Positions 11,379 through 22,620 are shown, counted from the first letter of the stretch. The stretch is 32,555 nt of DNA from Dicyema japonicum (GCA_011109175.1 RDEW01000094.1:1-32555); one strand, 5' to 3'. Notes: a model not told the origin generated them from the letters alone. Numbers and translations are program-made.

Positions 11379-12416
11379 GAATTCCTTTTTCAAAACACAC
11401 CGACTCTAAAATTCAGGAAAAATCAAACCGTTCCCAGTATAACGGAATTTAAAATCATCCCGAAGAATTTGTGCCTTAAATAATGAAAACTCAACATATA
11501 TGTCATCAGCAAATTTAGTGAGAGACAATTCGAAGTTACAGGAATTTCCAACATCAATCAATTTGGTATTATTAGGACTCCAAGACCCGTTATAGATTTT
11601 ATCGATGATTAACTGAATTTTGGACATATAATATTTTTTTTGATACAAAATAAATGTAAAAAGTATTTCAAAACGACTCCCCATAAGAGATAATTCAACA
11701 CTATTGTTATCAAAATTAATCTTCGTTTTCAAAATCTCGGAAAAAGCTAATAAAGCATTAATCTAATATTAAAATATACAATTTACTATTTCAACTTTGT
11801 GATTATAAAAAAATATGATTTTAAAATGACCACTTAATATTCCTTTCAGTCGATTTTCGGCAATAAAATACCAATATCGAACTTTTGAATCTTTAGATTG
11901 ATTACAATCATTTGCTAAATTAAATTATATCAAACCTTTTCCAATAAAAGATGATCTTGATTGTTTATTGTAATATTCTATCACCAAAGAATATATCGCG
12001 AGAGTATTACCATTTTCAAAATTTACGGACATATATCCGCATCTGTAATAATCTCCTTTTTTAATTTTTGGAAGATTTGTTGTATTTGAATAGGTTTTAT
12101 TATCTTTGAGTGGTAAATATTAATTACTAGAATTTAAATCAATTTTTATTGAGATTTTGTAGAATTCCCCTGAGGATTCAAAATAAAATTGGAAGAACAA
12201 ATTATTTATGTGCTTTGTAATTGGTGTTTTACTAAAATAAACCTGAAAAGAAATAATTTTAAATGAATAATTATCTGTTGTCTAACATTATTATTTATAA
12301 AAAACATTTGTAAGTGTACTTTTCAATAAACTTTTTCCATATACTGACATTCGATGTTTTAATTTTGAATTCGTAATTGTGGACAAAAACATTAATAATA
12401 AAATTAACAATAACAT
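11227..12416 (-). CDS. Intact LAMP-like (lysosome-associated membrane glycoprotein) type I membrane protein, 357 aa, 6 exons
   Basis: Exons 12416-12306, 12281-12128, 12103-11936, 11914-11787, 11762-11429, 11405-11227 total 1074 nt with no internal stop after removing GT-AG introns of 24, 24, 21, 24 and 23 nt. The product has a signal peptide (MLLLILLLMFLSTITNS), 10 N-X-S/T sequons, two beta-rich repeats each with a G-x-x-(Y)-x-C-like motif and a closing Cys (GDYYRC..ANDC; GNSC..ESVC), a TM segment (YIIIGIILTVVTPTIIGVITFVI) and the tail KRRISIGPMSYVPIH* with a Yxx-hydrophobic motif. The gene model is seen directly; the LAMP identity is inferred. Confidence 0.8.
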
Positions 12417-12519
12417 AAGTATCGATGTTAATAATTTAGGTCACTTGTTATATTGATGAATTTAACTTTTTTTAATTTTGAAACAAATGATTTTTATATT
12501 AAATTTATAATTATAATAA

Positions 12520-13330
12520 TCTAATTTTTTTCCGAGCCTGTAGAGTTCTTATTTAATTCCAAGACTTTTTCCTCATTGTCTTGTTTATTCCAGATGTTCT
12601 CCCAGAATGCGAGGCATTCATTTTCATTAAAGCTAAACTTGGCTTTTTCATGTTCCCAATTCAGATTCCCGTATAACTACCTCATATTAAGTTCAAAGCA
12701 CCAATTCTGTCTTTTATATTCGTTTCTTGACTGATGAATTTTTTGTTTCTTTTCTAAGATTTTGATTTCATCTTGGATACAAGATGCAAATCTTCCAATT
12801 ATTCCCTTCTTTGATTTTCGAAATCCATATCTACTCAGAATATCTTTGGTTTCTTAGTCATAACTTTGGTTTGATTTCTGTTCTCCAATTGTTTTGATTT
12901 GTACCATTATCTTCTTTTAATTTCTGCTCTCCAAACCTTATCCTCTATGCACACTGCCCTGTGACTGACGAAACAGTGTCAATTGAAAAACTTTTCAGGT
13001 TTTTGGCTATGCTCTTATCCACTTCCGTGGGTCGGATGATTTTGTAAAACGAGAGTATCCGTATCGGAATTGACTTGTGGTTGGTTCAAAAATCTGTGAA
13101 ACTCGTTGTGGACCCATGATTGGCAGAAATAAGATTAATTTTCTTTTCAGCAAAAGGAGTATTGGAAATTTCTCCAACAAGGACATTAATATACGTGGAT
13201 TAGAGTAAACTGTTTTCCTTCTCAAAATCTCATTCCTCCATGCATACTGCCCTGTGACTGACGAGGCAGTGTCAATTGAAAAACTTTTCAGTTCTAAGAA
13301 GGAAAATTTCAAGAAACCCTTACCAGTCTG
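12520..13330 (-). mobile_element. R4/NeSL-type (RLE) non-LTR retrotransposon pre-RT fragment(s)
   Basis: QKIHQSRNEYKRQNWCFELN..LYGNL..NENECLAFWENIWNKQ resembles the pre-RT motif 'R.N..F..N...FY..L......E...FW..IW'. A diverged ~57-nt direct repeat sits at 12942-12998 and 13235-13291. Confidence 0.6.
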
Positions 13331-13339
13331 CTGCAGATT

Positions 13340-13830
13340 ATCAACCTATAACCTATCCCTACCTCGGTGGTAGTCAAGGACAATAAACCGGACATTGTGG
13401 TACACGATAAGGAGTCTGGCCAAGCCCTTATCATAGAAGTTGGCATCACGTCTCAAGACCGTTTGCAGACTGTGCAGGTGGAGAAAAAAAGGAAGTATGA
13501 CTTTCTTGCAAACGAGATGGGGCAGATGCTTGGTTGCAGGGTCCTCGTTTATTCCTATAGTAATGACGTGGGAAGAAAATTCAACAAAGTACCACAAGGG
13601 TTATCTGAATAGTTGAGGGTAGATAGGAAGCTCCAGGCATATCTACAGTCCACTGTGTTAAAGCGGACCCTAGATAGCCTGACACTGGAGTATACGAGGC
13701 AGAGTCCTGAGATGCCATATGGGCAGAGGGTTCAATTAGACATGGCGCTCTCGGAGTTGTTTCAATAACCAGAATCGAACCTGCCTGAGGAGGCTGGCGA
13801 AGAAGGTTGTTGATTAAATATATTAACTTT
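13340..13830 (+). mobile_element. R4/NeSL-type non-LTR retrotransposon RLE (PD-D/ExK) C-terminus and 3' UTR
   Basis: KDNKPDIVVHDKESGQALIIEVGITSQDRLQTVQVEKKRKYDFLANEMG, then after a frameshift IPIVMTWE..TKYHKGYL..LQAYLQSTVLKRTLDSL. This is a canonical RLE 'PD...EV.I...EK..KY' signature. Confidence 0.85.
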
Positions 13831-15427
13831 TTTATTGTTTGTTAAATAAAGTGGGATTTCGATTTATATTCATTTTAAAAACCTCACATAAATTTCTCAT
13901 ATTGAATGATACTATTACATTATGATTGGCTCTATTGTCATATCGAATGAGAAATGGTATCACAACGAGCAACTTAATTTGGCTATTTGTTTTTCTGTTG
14001 ATCCCAGAAAACGGATGTTGAGATGTAACAAACAACAACTACTATTAAAATGAATAGTGTTTGGCAATAAAGATAGAATATTAATGACAGATTTTTAAGC
14101 TTTTGACTAAAAAATCTTTTGCTAAATTGTAGTTTTATTATTAATTTTGAAACAACAAAAGTTATTAATAAACACAAACAGTTAACCACTACTGTCTGCT
14201 CTCAGCATTAAGAACATATTTTCCCAACGATCTGTAAGGTTAATGAGCCAGCTCCTTTCGCTCATCTTTTTTCCATCTTGCAATAAGTTTATTATTAAAA
14301 CTCTAACATTAATTAAATTTCAAATAAAGTAATTGTAGACTCAAATAAATTAACATAAAATCACACTATCAAATTTCTTAATATATTTTTATTAGAGATT
14401 TTTTAAGACTTGAGGCCTATTGGCTTCTATTTTTAGTATTCGTTGTCATCACGAGAGTCTACGATTCACCATTTATATTAACGGGGACTATTTGACAAAT
14501 TATTTAAACATCTTTTAATAAAGATTATTATTTTTTAATAAAAAAATTTTATTTAAAAAAAAACTACGACCATTCGACTCATTATTATGCTAGTCAGTGC
14601 CGCTACGTCCATTATGTCGACGGGGACTATTTGACTGATAATTTAAATTTAATGGGCGCCACCCACCTATACGGATGGATTACATGACGCCATTCTAATA
14701 GGAGGTAAAACGGATGAACAACAAAAGAATCAGAAAAATTCAACCAATTAGGCACAAGTAGAACCATAAGTATTCATATGCTTATGAATAACGTGTGAGT
14801 GGATTTAACTGACTAATAAATTTTCAATATTCGGATGTTTGTAAGGCAGACCCCTTATAGAATAGAGGCATATCACCACCTAAAAAAATTTATTTCAAAC
14901 ATCGGACGGGTGAAACATAGCTATTATAGTTTTTCACGTTGCTTTAATAATAATAATTTCTGTAGCCCAAGTTGATGTCCTTTTTCTACAAAGTCCAAAC
15001 GACTTTTAGTTTAGACACTTCCACCGGTTCTCACGGCCTGCGTTAAAATTAATTATACAGCAATCGAAAAACGGATATTTTCGATCTTTTAAAATCAAGA
15101 ATTTTATGAATATTGATTACATAGAGAATGAAAAGATTAATGAAAATTTTTTAAAAGATTCAGAAAAACTGAATAAAATTAGAAAACACGAGACTTGTGG
15201 ACAAAAAAGATACAGCGTTAAATCAATCGGAATTTGGGCGTCTATTGAGTAAGATGGATCCAATGACGCCACCAGAAAGAAGATATATCTTAATCAAGTT
15301 GCCACATGGTAATTCAGCTTTATTGAATTTATTTTTTAAATTAGCGACAAAATTCAAGTAATCAAAATGGCCAATTTGCCAGGATTCACTGTAAAAATAA
15401 TTGTTTATCAACCACCTAAGTTCACTA

Positions 15428-15830
15428 ACTTTTTCGACAAGGATAAATAGAAGGAATATTATGTCCAATACTCTCAAACAAGTCTCGTAAGCCTTTAGTG
15501 TTTAACTAATGCAAGAGTATATCGGATTCGACAAAAGCCTTAGTTAGTGACTTTATCGATCCATGTGTCGGCAGATGAGTCGGTTTTATAGTATTGAAAC
15601 CTGTAAAATATATAATAAAAATAATAAACCTGCAATTTTGATATGCTTTTTAGAGGATTTATGTGATTCAATAAAAAATTTGTTTTTTTTGCAGTTACAA
15701 ATGTCCCACATAAATTAAAAAAATGATTTTTTTGTGAATTGATAGAAAATCCATCAGGATATTTTCAAACAGAAGACTTATTCTTTTCAATTACACGCTT
15801 GATTGAACGCGGAATCACAGTGAATGATGA
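15428..15830 (-). mobile_element. CGGBP1-like/hAT transposase remnant (duplicate of 5583-5960)
   Basis: Near-identical to 5583-5960. Confidence 0.5.
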
Positions 15831-16020
15831 TAATTGATTCACGCTAGTATTTTATTTAAAATCTCAAAAAAGTAAAAAAAAATAAAAATTAATAAAATTT
15901 TTGACTTTTTTGACCTAAAAATTACATTTTGACTTTATAACTTTTGATTAATATAATATTTTTGATTACAAATACGTATGTATAAGTTTTAGACAATTTT
16001 AAAGAACATATAATTTTTGA

Positions 16021-18762
16021 TTTTATTTTTGAGTTTTCATATAAACGGAAGGCCTCTCCCGCTTTCATTGCCGACCTCAAAAGTTTCGACTGTGGTGAAT
16101 ATTATTTGTGGTGGTGTGGTGTAATTGAGAAAAAGTGATCAGAAGCGATATGCACAAGATCGACAAAAGAGAAGAGCTTTGTGAATTTTGCAATAAAATT
16201 AACAATAGAAAGCGGCTGATATGCTGTGTCGTTTGTTCGTCGGTTTTTCACATGTCATGTGTTGGAATCACCAAAAAAGCCCTTACCATCATTACCAACT
16301 GGTGTTGCCAGGCATACCTCCTTCCTGGTACTAAAGCACCATCAACTCCACCTAATTCACCTGAACGAATACCAATAGATTACCAGAAAATTCTTGAATC
16401 AATTGCAAACCTGGCATCTACACGAAGGATCATGATCAAAATTCCAAAAGCTGCCCGTGTTCCTGCCGCCGACTGTTTACACGATTGTATTGAAAAGGCA
16501 ATTTCTTCGACTTATCTAGTGGATTGGACACGATTATTCTACTTTGCACCATACACGCTATGTATGCCCTGTCAGAAGAGGAAAGATCAGGAATCGCTCA
16601 CGTCTATTGTAAAGGAAAATTTTTGCTTGTTTTCTTCTGGAAATTTGTTCAGTGACTCCCGAGAATATACCTTCAACCACTCAAACCACGAGAACCATTC
16701 CTCAGAAACACAAAGATTGGGAAGAGCGATACATCGCAAACTATCTGAAGGTGGAGTCCAGGCCGCCGTGAGGAGTCTAGAAGAGTATAACCATCTAATT
16801 GAGCCAACTGAACACTCCTACGATGCACTGGTTGAACGACATTTTGGTCCGCCAGTGGACGAACAGATCCCTAGTTGCTCTGGTAAATTACCTAGTCTGA
16901 TTATTTCTGAGGGGGACGTGAAAGATGTGATCCTCTCATTCGCCCCAAGCAGCTTGGGGGACTTGACGGACTCTGTCCAGGACACCTAAAAGACTTAATT
17001 GATCAGAATACGGGGAACTCTGGTGTTCGGCTATTATCGGCTATAACGAGGATAATCAACAGAATGCTTTCCGGAAGATTACCAGAAGCAATCCGTCATA
17101 TTATGTTTTCCGCCAAGTTAATTGCCATTGATAAATGTGGAGGAGGAATTCGTCCTATTGCTGTTGGGTTTGTTTTTCGTCGATTGGCTTCTAAACTTGC
17201 TAGCAGAGCAATCCTTCCGATACTTGTCAAACAACTGCGACCAACTTAAGTAGGGGTCGGTTCTCCTGGTAGATGGGAGGCGGCAGTTCATGCCGTTCGG
17301 ATGTTTACTGGAAACAGAACGAACATGCCTTGTGTAATACCATACGGTTCGATATAATTTTGGAAAATTGTCTTACCCATTACCCGTCTATATATAATTA
17401 TGTTCATTGTTGGTATGGAGAACCGTCCAGTCTTGTACATGGGAAATACTTCATTTCCTCGTCGTGTGAAGTTCAGCAAGGAGACCCACTAGGACCGGCA
17501 TTGTTCTGCCTCGGCGTTGACCGTGTCATGAGATGCCTTACTACTCCGCTGAACGTGTGGTATTTGATGATTGCACCCTGGGAGGTCATCCTAACAATGT
17601 ATATGACTGTCTACAGAGATCACTAACCCAATTGGATACGCTTGGTTTAAAGCTAAACGCATCCAAATGCGAAATTATTAATTATGGATTCTCCCGATGA
17701 GAATGGAATCGAATCCTATTAATGTTTCAGGGGATTATTTCTAAAATATCGGTAATCGAGCCGGAACATTTGGAAATACTCGGATACTCTCTGGTTGCAA
17801 CTGGAATTAATGACACTCTGTTGGCTAAAGAACAGCAACTAAGAAAAACTTTTTTACGCCTTGGGATGCTGGATGCACATACTACTTTTTTTCTCATGAA
17901 AAACGTTTTATCCACGCAGAAATTAAATTACGTCCTTCGAAGAGCTCCATGTTACCTGAAAATGCAACAACTCGGGGAGATTGACTCCCTGAGATTGAGG
18001 CTTTTGAAAATATCTAACTAACACCGACGAGCCTGTCTTTTAACTGCAAGATGCGAGTGGAGCGGAGCTTGGATCAATGCCCTACACATTAGAAACGTGG
18101 GAACTCACCTAGACGATGAAACGGTCCGCTCCGGATTCTCCATCAGACTTGGATTGAAAGTTTGTCAACTCCGTGAGTGCCGATGCGGCCGGAAGGTCGA
18201 CTGGACATCATGTTCTTTCTTGTCGAAAAAGCGCAGGTCGATTCGGTAGACACAAGGCTATAAATGAAGTGGTGAAGCGCGCCCTCAAGTTGCCGGGATA
18301 CCCATCCATTCTAGAGCCAACGGGCTTGAGTAGGGATGATGGGAAGCGACCCGATGGAATTACTGTCTTCCCCTTCTCTCGGGGCAAATGCTTAATCTGG
18401 GATGCTACCTGTAATGACAGCTTTTCCCAGTCGAAACTTTTGAGGTCGGCAATGAAAGCGGGAGAGGCCGCCCGTTTATATGAAAACTCAAAAATAAAGA
18501 AATACAGCAGTCTCCTAAACCGTTTCCATGTGCGGCCAGTGGTCGTCGAGACGAGGGTTTTAGAAAAATTAGAGGGGAGTCTTTGGCCCCAAGACGGTCT
18601 CTTTCCTTAGAGCACTTTGGTGTCTATTGAACAAAGCCTCGAGGGAGTGTCGGGAAACCAAGTGGCTTTTCCAAAGGATATCCCTGGCAGTAGTCAGAAG
18701 TAACAGCCACTCGATCACATCCGCTGGACTCAGTAATGAACTACTCATGTTTTTTAATAATA
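16021..18762 (+). mobile_element. Near full-length CRE-clade non-LTR retrotransposon (PHD finger - RT - CCHC - RLE), decayed, with 9-bp TSD
   Basis: PHD CEFC..CVVC....HMSC..WCCQAY from 16180; KIPKAARVPAA; EGGVQAAVR; GGGIRPIAVGFVFRRLASK; RT QQGDPLGP (17474) and frameshifted YL[D]D (17561); CRCG..HVLSC; KRPDG..WDATC..VVVET. 3' tail TAATAATAA. TSD AATTTTTGA at 16012-16020 and 18763-18771. Empty site at 6092-6100. Confidence 0.9.
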
Positions 18763-19013
18763 AATTTTTGACTTTAATTGACAAAATTGCCCTAGTAATC
18801 ATATAATTTCCAGACACATTTGAATTTAGTTTCCGACTGCATGGTCACCTGGCAGTAGTCAGAAGTAACAGCCACTCGATCACATCCGCTGGACTCAGTA
18901 ATGAACTACTCATGTTTTTTAATAATAAATTTTTGACTTTAATTGACAAAATTGCCCTAGTAATCATATAATTTCCAGACACATTAGAATTTAGTTTCCG
19001 ACTGCATGGTCAC
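18684..19013. repeat. 165-nt tandem duplication spanning the CRE 3' junction
   Basis: Units 18684-18848 and 18849-19013, one mismatch seen. Confidence 0.9.
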
Positions 19014-19735
19014 AAACTGGATGACTCTTTCCACATCAAAATCTTATATAACAATATATACAACAGAACGGAGACAATTCATTAACACGAATAACCTCGA
19101 AATGTAGCTGGTCACTTTAATGGTCAACAAAGAGAGTTCCAAACGTTCATGTACAAGCAATTCATTAAGATGACACTGAATTATCTCTCCCAAACGTGGG
19201 CTTTACGCATATCACCCTCAACTGAGTGGCATAAAAAATTAATCTTGATTAATAGAGATAAATTTTTAAGATCAAAAAACGAACTAAAGATCTAGTCCGT
19301 CGGATCGCCTCAATGATCCAAAGGGTCACCAAAAATCCACGGGAGACAGGAAGGCTTCGAGAGCGTATCTCAATATCTATCGTCAGAGGAAAGAGAGCCG
19401 TATTAGCTACCTAATTTTTAATTTCTAAAATCACTTAATAAATTTGAAAAAAAGAACAAAAAAATTATGGTGACATTGTTATTATCAAGGCACTTTCACG
19501 AAAGCCATAATGTTTATAGTCCCGAATATGCAACACTCAAAACAATATTTAGCGTTAATCTTTTCTATTTTCCTTTTTCGAATGCAGACGATCTTAATTC
19601 GTCTAGGTCATCCCCCGTTTTGAGCTTTTTTCACCTGGTTTAAATCTTTGTTTAAGATAATCGGCTGTGTCGTCAGCGGAAAGGTTTGTCGCAACTGTCA
19701 AAGAAATCTTCCATAGCTCTGTTAGTAGGTGCGTA

Positions 19736-19947
19736 CGGGTTCATTCTTAATACATGTCCGAATAGCTCTACTGGGGATCTATCACATCATTTCTGATGTA
19801 ATAACACATAAACTTGTTGTAAATATCACTGGTTGATATTCCGGGTTCATTCTTAATACATGTCCGAATAGCTCTACTGGGGATCTATCACATCATTTCT
19901 GATGTAATAACACATAAACTTGTTGTAAATATCACTGGTTAATATTC
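19736..19947. repeat. 106-nt tandem duplication
   Basis: CGGGTTCATTCTTAATACATG... starts at 19736 and 19842. Single copy in block A at 7344. Confidence 0.9.
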
Positions 19948-20059
19948 TACGTGGCCATCCATTCTGAGTAAGCTTCTTATTTGCCTTTTACCACTGGTTG
20001 TTATTTTACAATCCTCTTTCGTTAGTTCGTTGAAAAAAACTTCACCAAATCAACATCTT

Positions 20060-20990
20060 GGGGTATTTTTATCTAAAAAACGCGTTTATGGTAACACTTT
20101 TAATTCTTTTTTATCAGACAAATAAAATTTTCATATTTTCACCCCCTTATTTTGGAAACATTTTTCCATGTATTAAATATACTCTCAATTGGATTGAGAA
20201 ATGGTGAGCAACGTAGAACAACAAAGAACATAAAAGTCTGCAATTTCAATCAATTCTATAGCGCCGGCATAATGATGAACATGGGCATAATCCAAAAAAG
20301 ATCAGGTCTTCAGTTCCTATTTCAGAACTAGATTTTTAAGGATTCCTGAAAAACCTTAAAATCCTCACAGATAACTAAGGCTTTGATTAACATGATGGTA
20401 AAGCATATCATATTTTGTCATTGATAAAATGACTGAAATATTTCTGGTTCGATGGTCTCTTCAAGAATATAGTCAGAGGATCTTGAAACAAGTCTTCTTC
20501 GTCTTGGTCATAAAGATACGACCTTGTCAATAAAAACAAATGACCTTCGTCAACATTAACAATGTTTGAGCATAGTCAAACCTACTTTCAATAGTTTTAG
20601 TTTTACTGGTTTTCCCCATTCAGGCACAGCGATCCCCGTTTTCAATGTATAATGAAATTCCATTAAACATTTATGAATTTTGCTGAGGCTAGTGGTTATT
20701 GAAAATCTTTTCTGGTAATTTCTAACCAATTGATTTGGTGCAATAGTTTCATCCTTCATCCTCCAAACACTTAACGCATTGTTTTCGTCCTGCGATAAGT
20801 TTCGTCTTACTATCACCACCACGATAACTTGAAGTGAAACACATTTTGTTTTAGAAAAATTTAGAAAAAAATTTCTAAAACAGTGGCTTGTCACAGATTC
20901 ATCATTGAAGCAATAATTGTATTGTGACAATCACTTTTGAGTGCAACTCGTCAGGAATGTTCCTTCTCATAGGTGGTTTTCCTGTTTTCT
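20060..20990 (-). mobile_element. IS630/Tc1-mariner (DDE_3) transposase pseudogene
   Basis: TSLSKIHKCLMEFHYTLK; RTRNISVI; LDYAHVHHY (normally MDNARIHH); SPFLNPIESIFNTWK. Many stops and frameshifts; no TIRs found. Confidence 0.8.
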
Positions 20991-21039
20991 TTCAATTTGA
21001 TCACATGCCACAGGGATTTTTTTAAATAAAAAAAATGTG

Positions 21040-21381
21040 TTTTTTACGACGTTTTCTAAAATTTCATAAGTTAATGATGTTTTTTTTCCAGCTTGCAACG
21101 TCACTCCCACAAAGTCCAACAGATTTTATTCTGATTTTGACTTCTAAGATTGAAATTAGCTATTTAACCATCAACGTCTATTTTTGGTGGAGTTTGTATT
21201 TCCTAGTTATTTTTTTACGACGTTTTCTAAAATTTCATAAGTTAATTATGTTTTTTTTCCAGCTTGCAACGTCACTCCCACAAAGTCCAACAGATTTTAT
21301 TCTGATTTTGACTTCTAAGATTGAAATTAGCTATTTAACCATCAACGTCTATTTTTGGTGGAGTTTGTATTTCCTAGTTAT
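21040..21381. repeat. 171-nt tandem duplication covering the Tc1-side junction and SORD exons 2-3
   Basis: Offset of 171 nt (ACGA at 21046 and 21217), one mismatch seen. It produces the 57-aa repeat in the antisense ORF 21035-21643. Confidence 0.9.
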
Positions 21382-21443
21382 GAATTATGCTAAATTACCA
21401 ATCGTAAATCATTGGGACCATATAAAACGACAGATTTCGACAT
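21075..21443 (-). pseudogene. SORD: Truncated SORD copy (exon 1 to the start of exon 3, with exons 2-3 duplicated)
   Basis: Near-identical to 8718-8908, ATG at 21443, introns 1-2 retained. Breaks off after ..GSDVASWK. Confidence 0.88.
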
Positions 21444-21934
21444 TGTCAAATGTTAGCGACAAAACTCTCTTTATAGTTGTGTTTTATAGTGGTCATAGTC
21501 AAAAATTTGATAAGCTTACTAATTCATCGATGTGGTTAATCCCAAAGCGTGTTATTGACTATCAGAATTCCAACATTATTAATTTTATCGGAAAGATAAT
21601 TTCATATTCTTATTATGAGATTAAATTTATTTTGATGAGATAACACAATGTGCAATAGAGGTATCTGAGTACTTCAACCTTCCGGTTACTAACATTTTTG
21701 TTATAAATATTGGATGGACTTGAGATTTTACGCTTAAAAAATTAAAATTTAGACCTGCTAATTATAGAAATAAAAATAATTAACATTTAATTCGATTATA
21801 CATTTATTATCGAATAAAAGGTCATTAAATTTTTAATAAAATCTAATAATTGTCTTAATGAAATCTCTCAAATAATTTTAATAAAATCTCTTAAATAATT
21901 GTCTCTCAATAAAAAAATGAAATCTAATTAAACT

Positions 21935-22204
21935 CAGCGTTATTTAACCATCAACCTCTTTCTGGCTGATATCCCGAGTCTTGAATCTAATAATGATGTT
22001 CTGCTTTCCTATGCGGATTATACTATGTCAGGTTATATACTATGTCAGGTTATATAGGGTCGGCTTTAATACAGTAAACTGTAGATAGACAAGAAGCTTC
22101 ATATCTACGCCTAACAGCTATAGATAACCCTTGTGGTACTTTGTTGCAATTCGTTCCCACGTCATTATTATTGGAATAACGATGCCTTGCAACCAAGCAT
22201 CTGT
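21935..22204 (-). mobile_element. R4/NeSL-type RLE 3' fragment (same family as 13340-13830)
   Basis: The reverse complement reads QMLGC..IPIIMTWERIATKYHKGYL..VYLQFTVLKP, plus a 3' UTR-like segment similar to 13795-13825. Contains a 17-nt tandem duplication at 22019-22052. Confidence 0.75.
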
Positions 22205-22329
22205 TGAAATCTAATAATAAATATAATTATTAACAATAATTATATCAGTGATTACACTATAACAAAATGGAAAGTTGTGATCATACTTGAATGATGATAA
22301 TACAAATAAATTATATATCGCATCTACTT

Positions 22330-22620
22330 TATGACCTCATACTTACCCGTTTTGACTTCTCAGCCTTCTCGGAAGCAGAACAGGCTCCAAAGGTACTATG
22401 ATGTAGGTTGTAAGGGAAGAATGTGTCGCAAGGGTTTGCAGTTTTAAAATGGTAGATGGTCATCCCATCGAGTCGTTTCCCGTCACTTCTGCAAAAAGAA
22501 CGACCGGTTCGAGCATAGAAGGATGTTCGGTATCGTCAAAAGCTCGCCTAACGACTTCGTTCAAACTCATATGTCCGGGAGATCTGCCTGCACTCTTCCA
22601 GTGGAAGGGAAGATTCACGC
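22330..22620 (-). mobile_element. CRE-type RLE domain fragment
   Basis: (W)KSAGRSPGHMSLNEVVRRAFDDTEHPSMLEPV..RSDGKRLDGMTIY..ASEKAEKSK, homologous to 18220-18510. Confidence 0.75.

Larger units (their letters stand above)
1935..12500. repeat. Segmental duplication block A (paralogous to 13865-24732)
   Basis: Collinear matches, read directly: 1935-2070 with 13865-14006; 2082-2753 with 14740-15424; 5583-6100 with 15428-16020; 6092-6537 with 18763-19224; 6830-7445 with 19225-19947; 8718-9127 with 21255-21664; 9818-11792 with 23018-24732. Confidence 0.9.

Noticed and set aside
21035-21643. 202-aa plus-strand ORF with a 57-aa internal repeat
   Set aside because: It is the antisense of SORD exons and introns, lengthened by an in-frame 171-nt duplication. 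The matching frame in block A is closed by stops.
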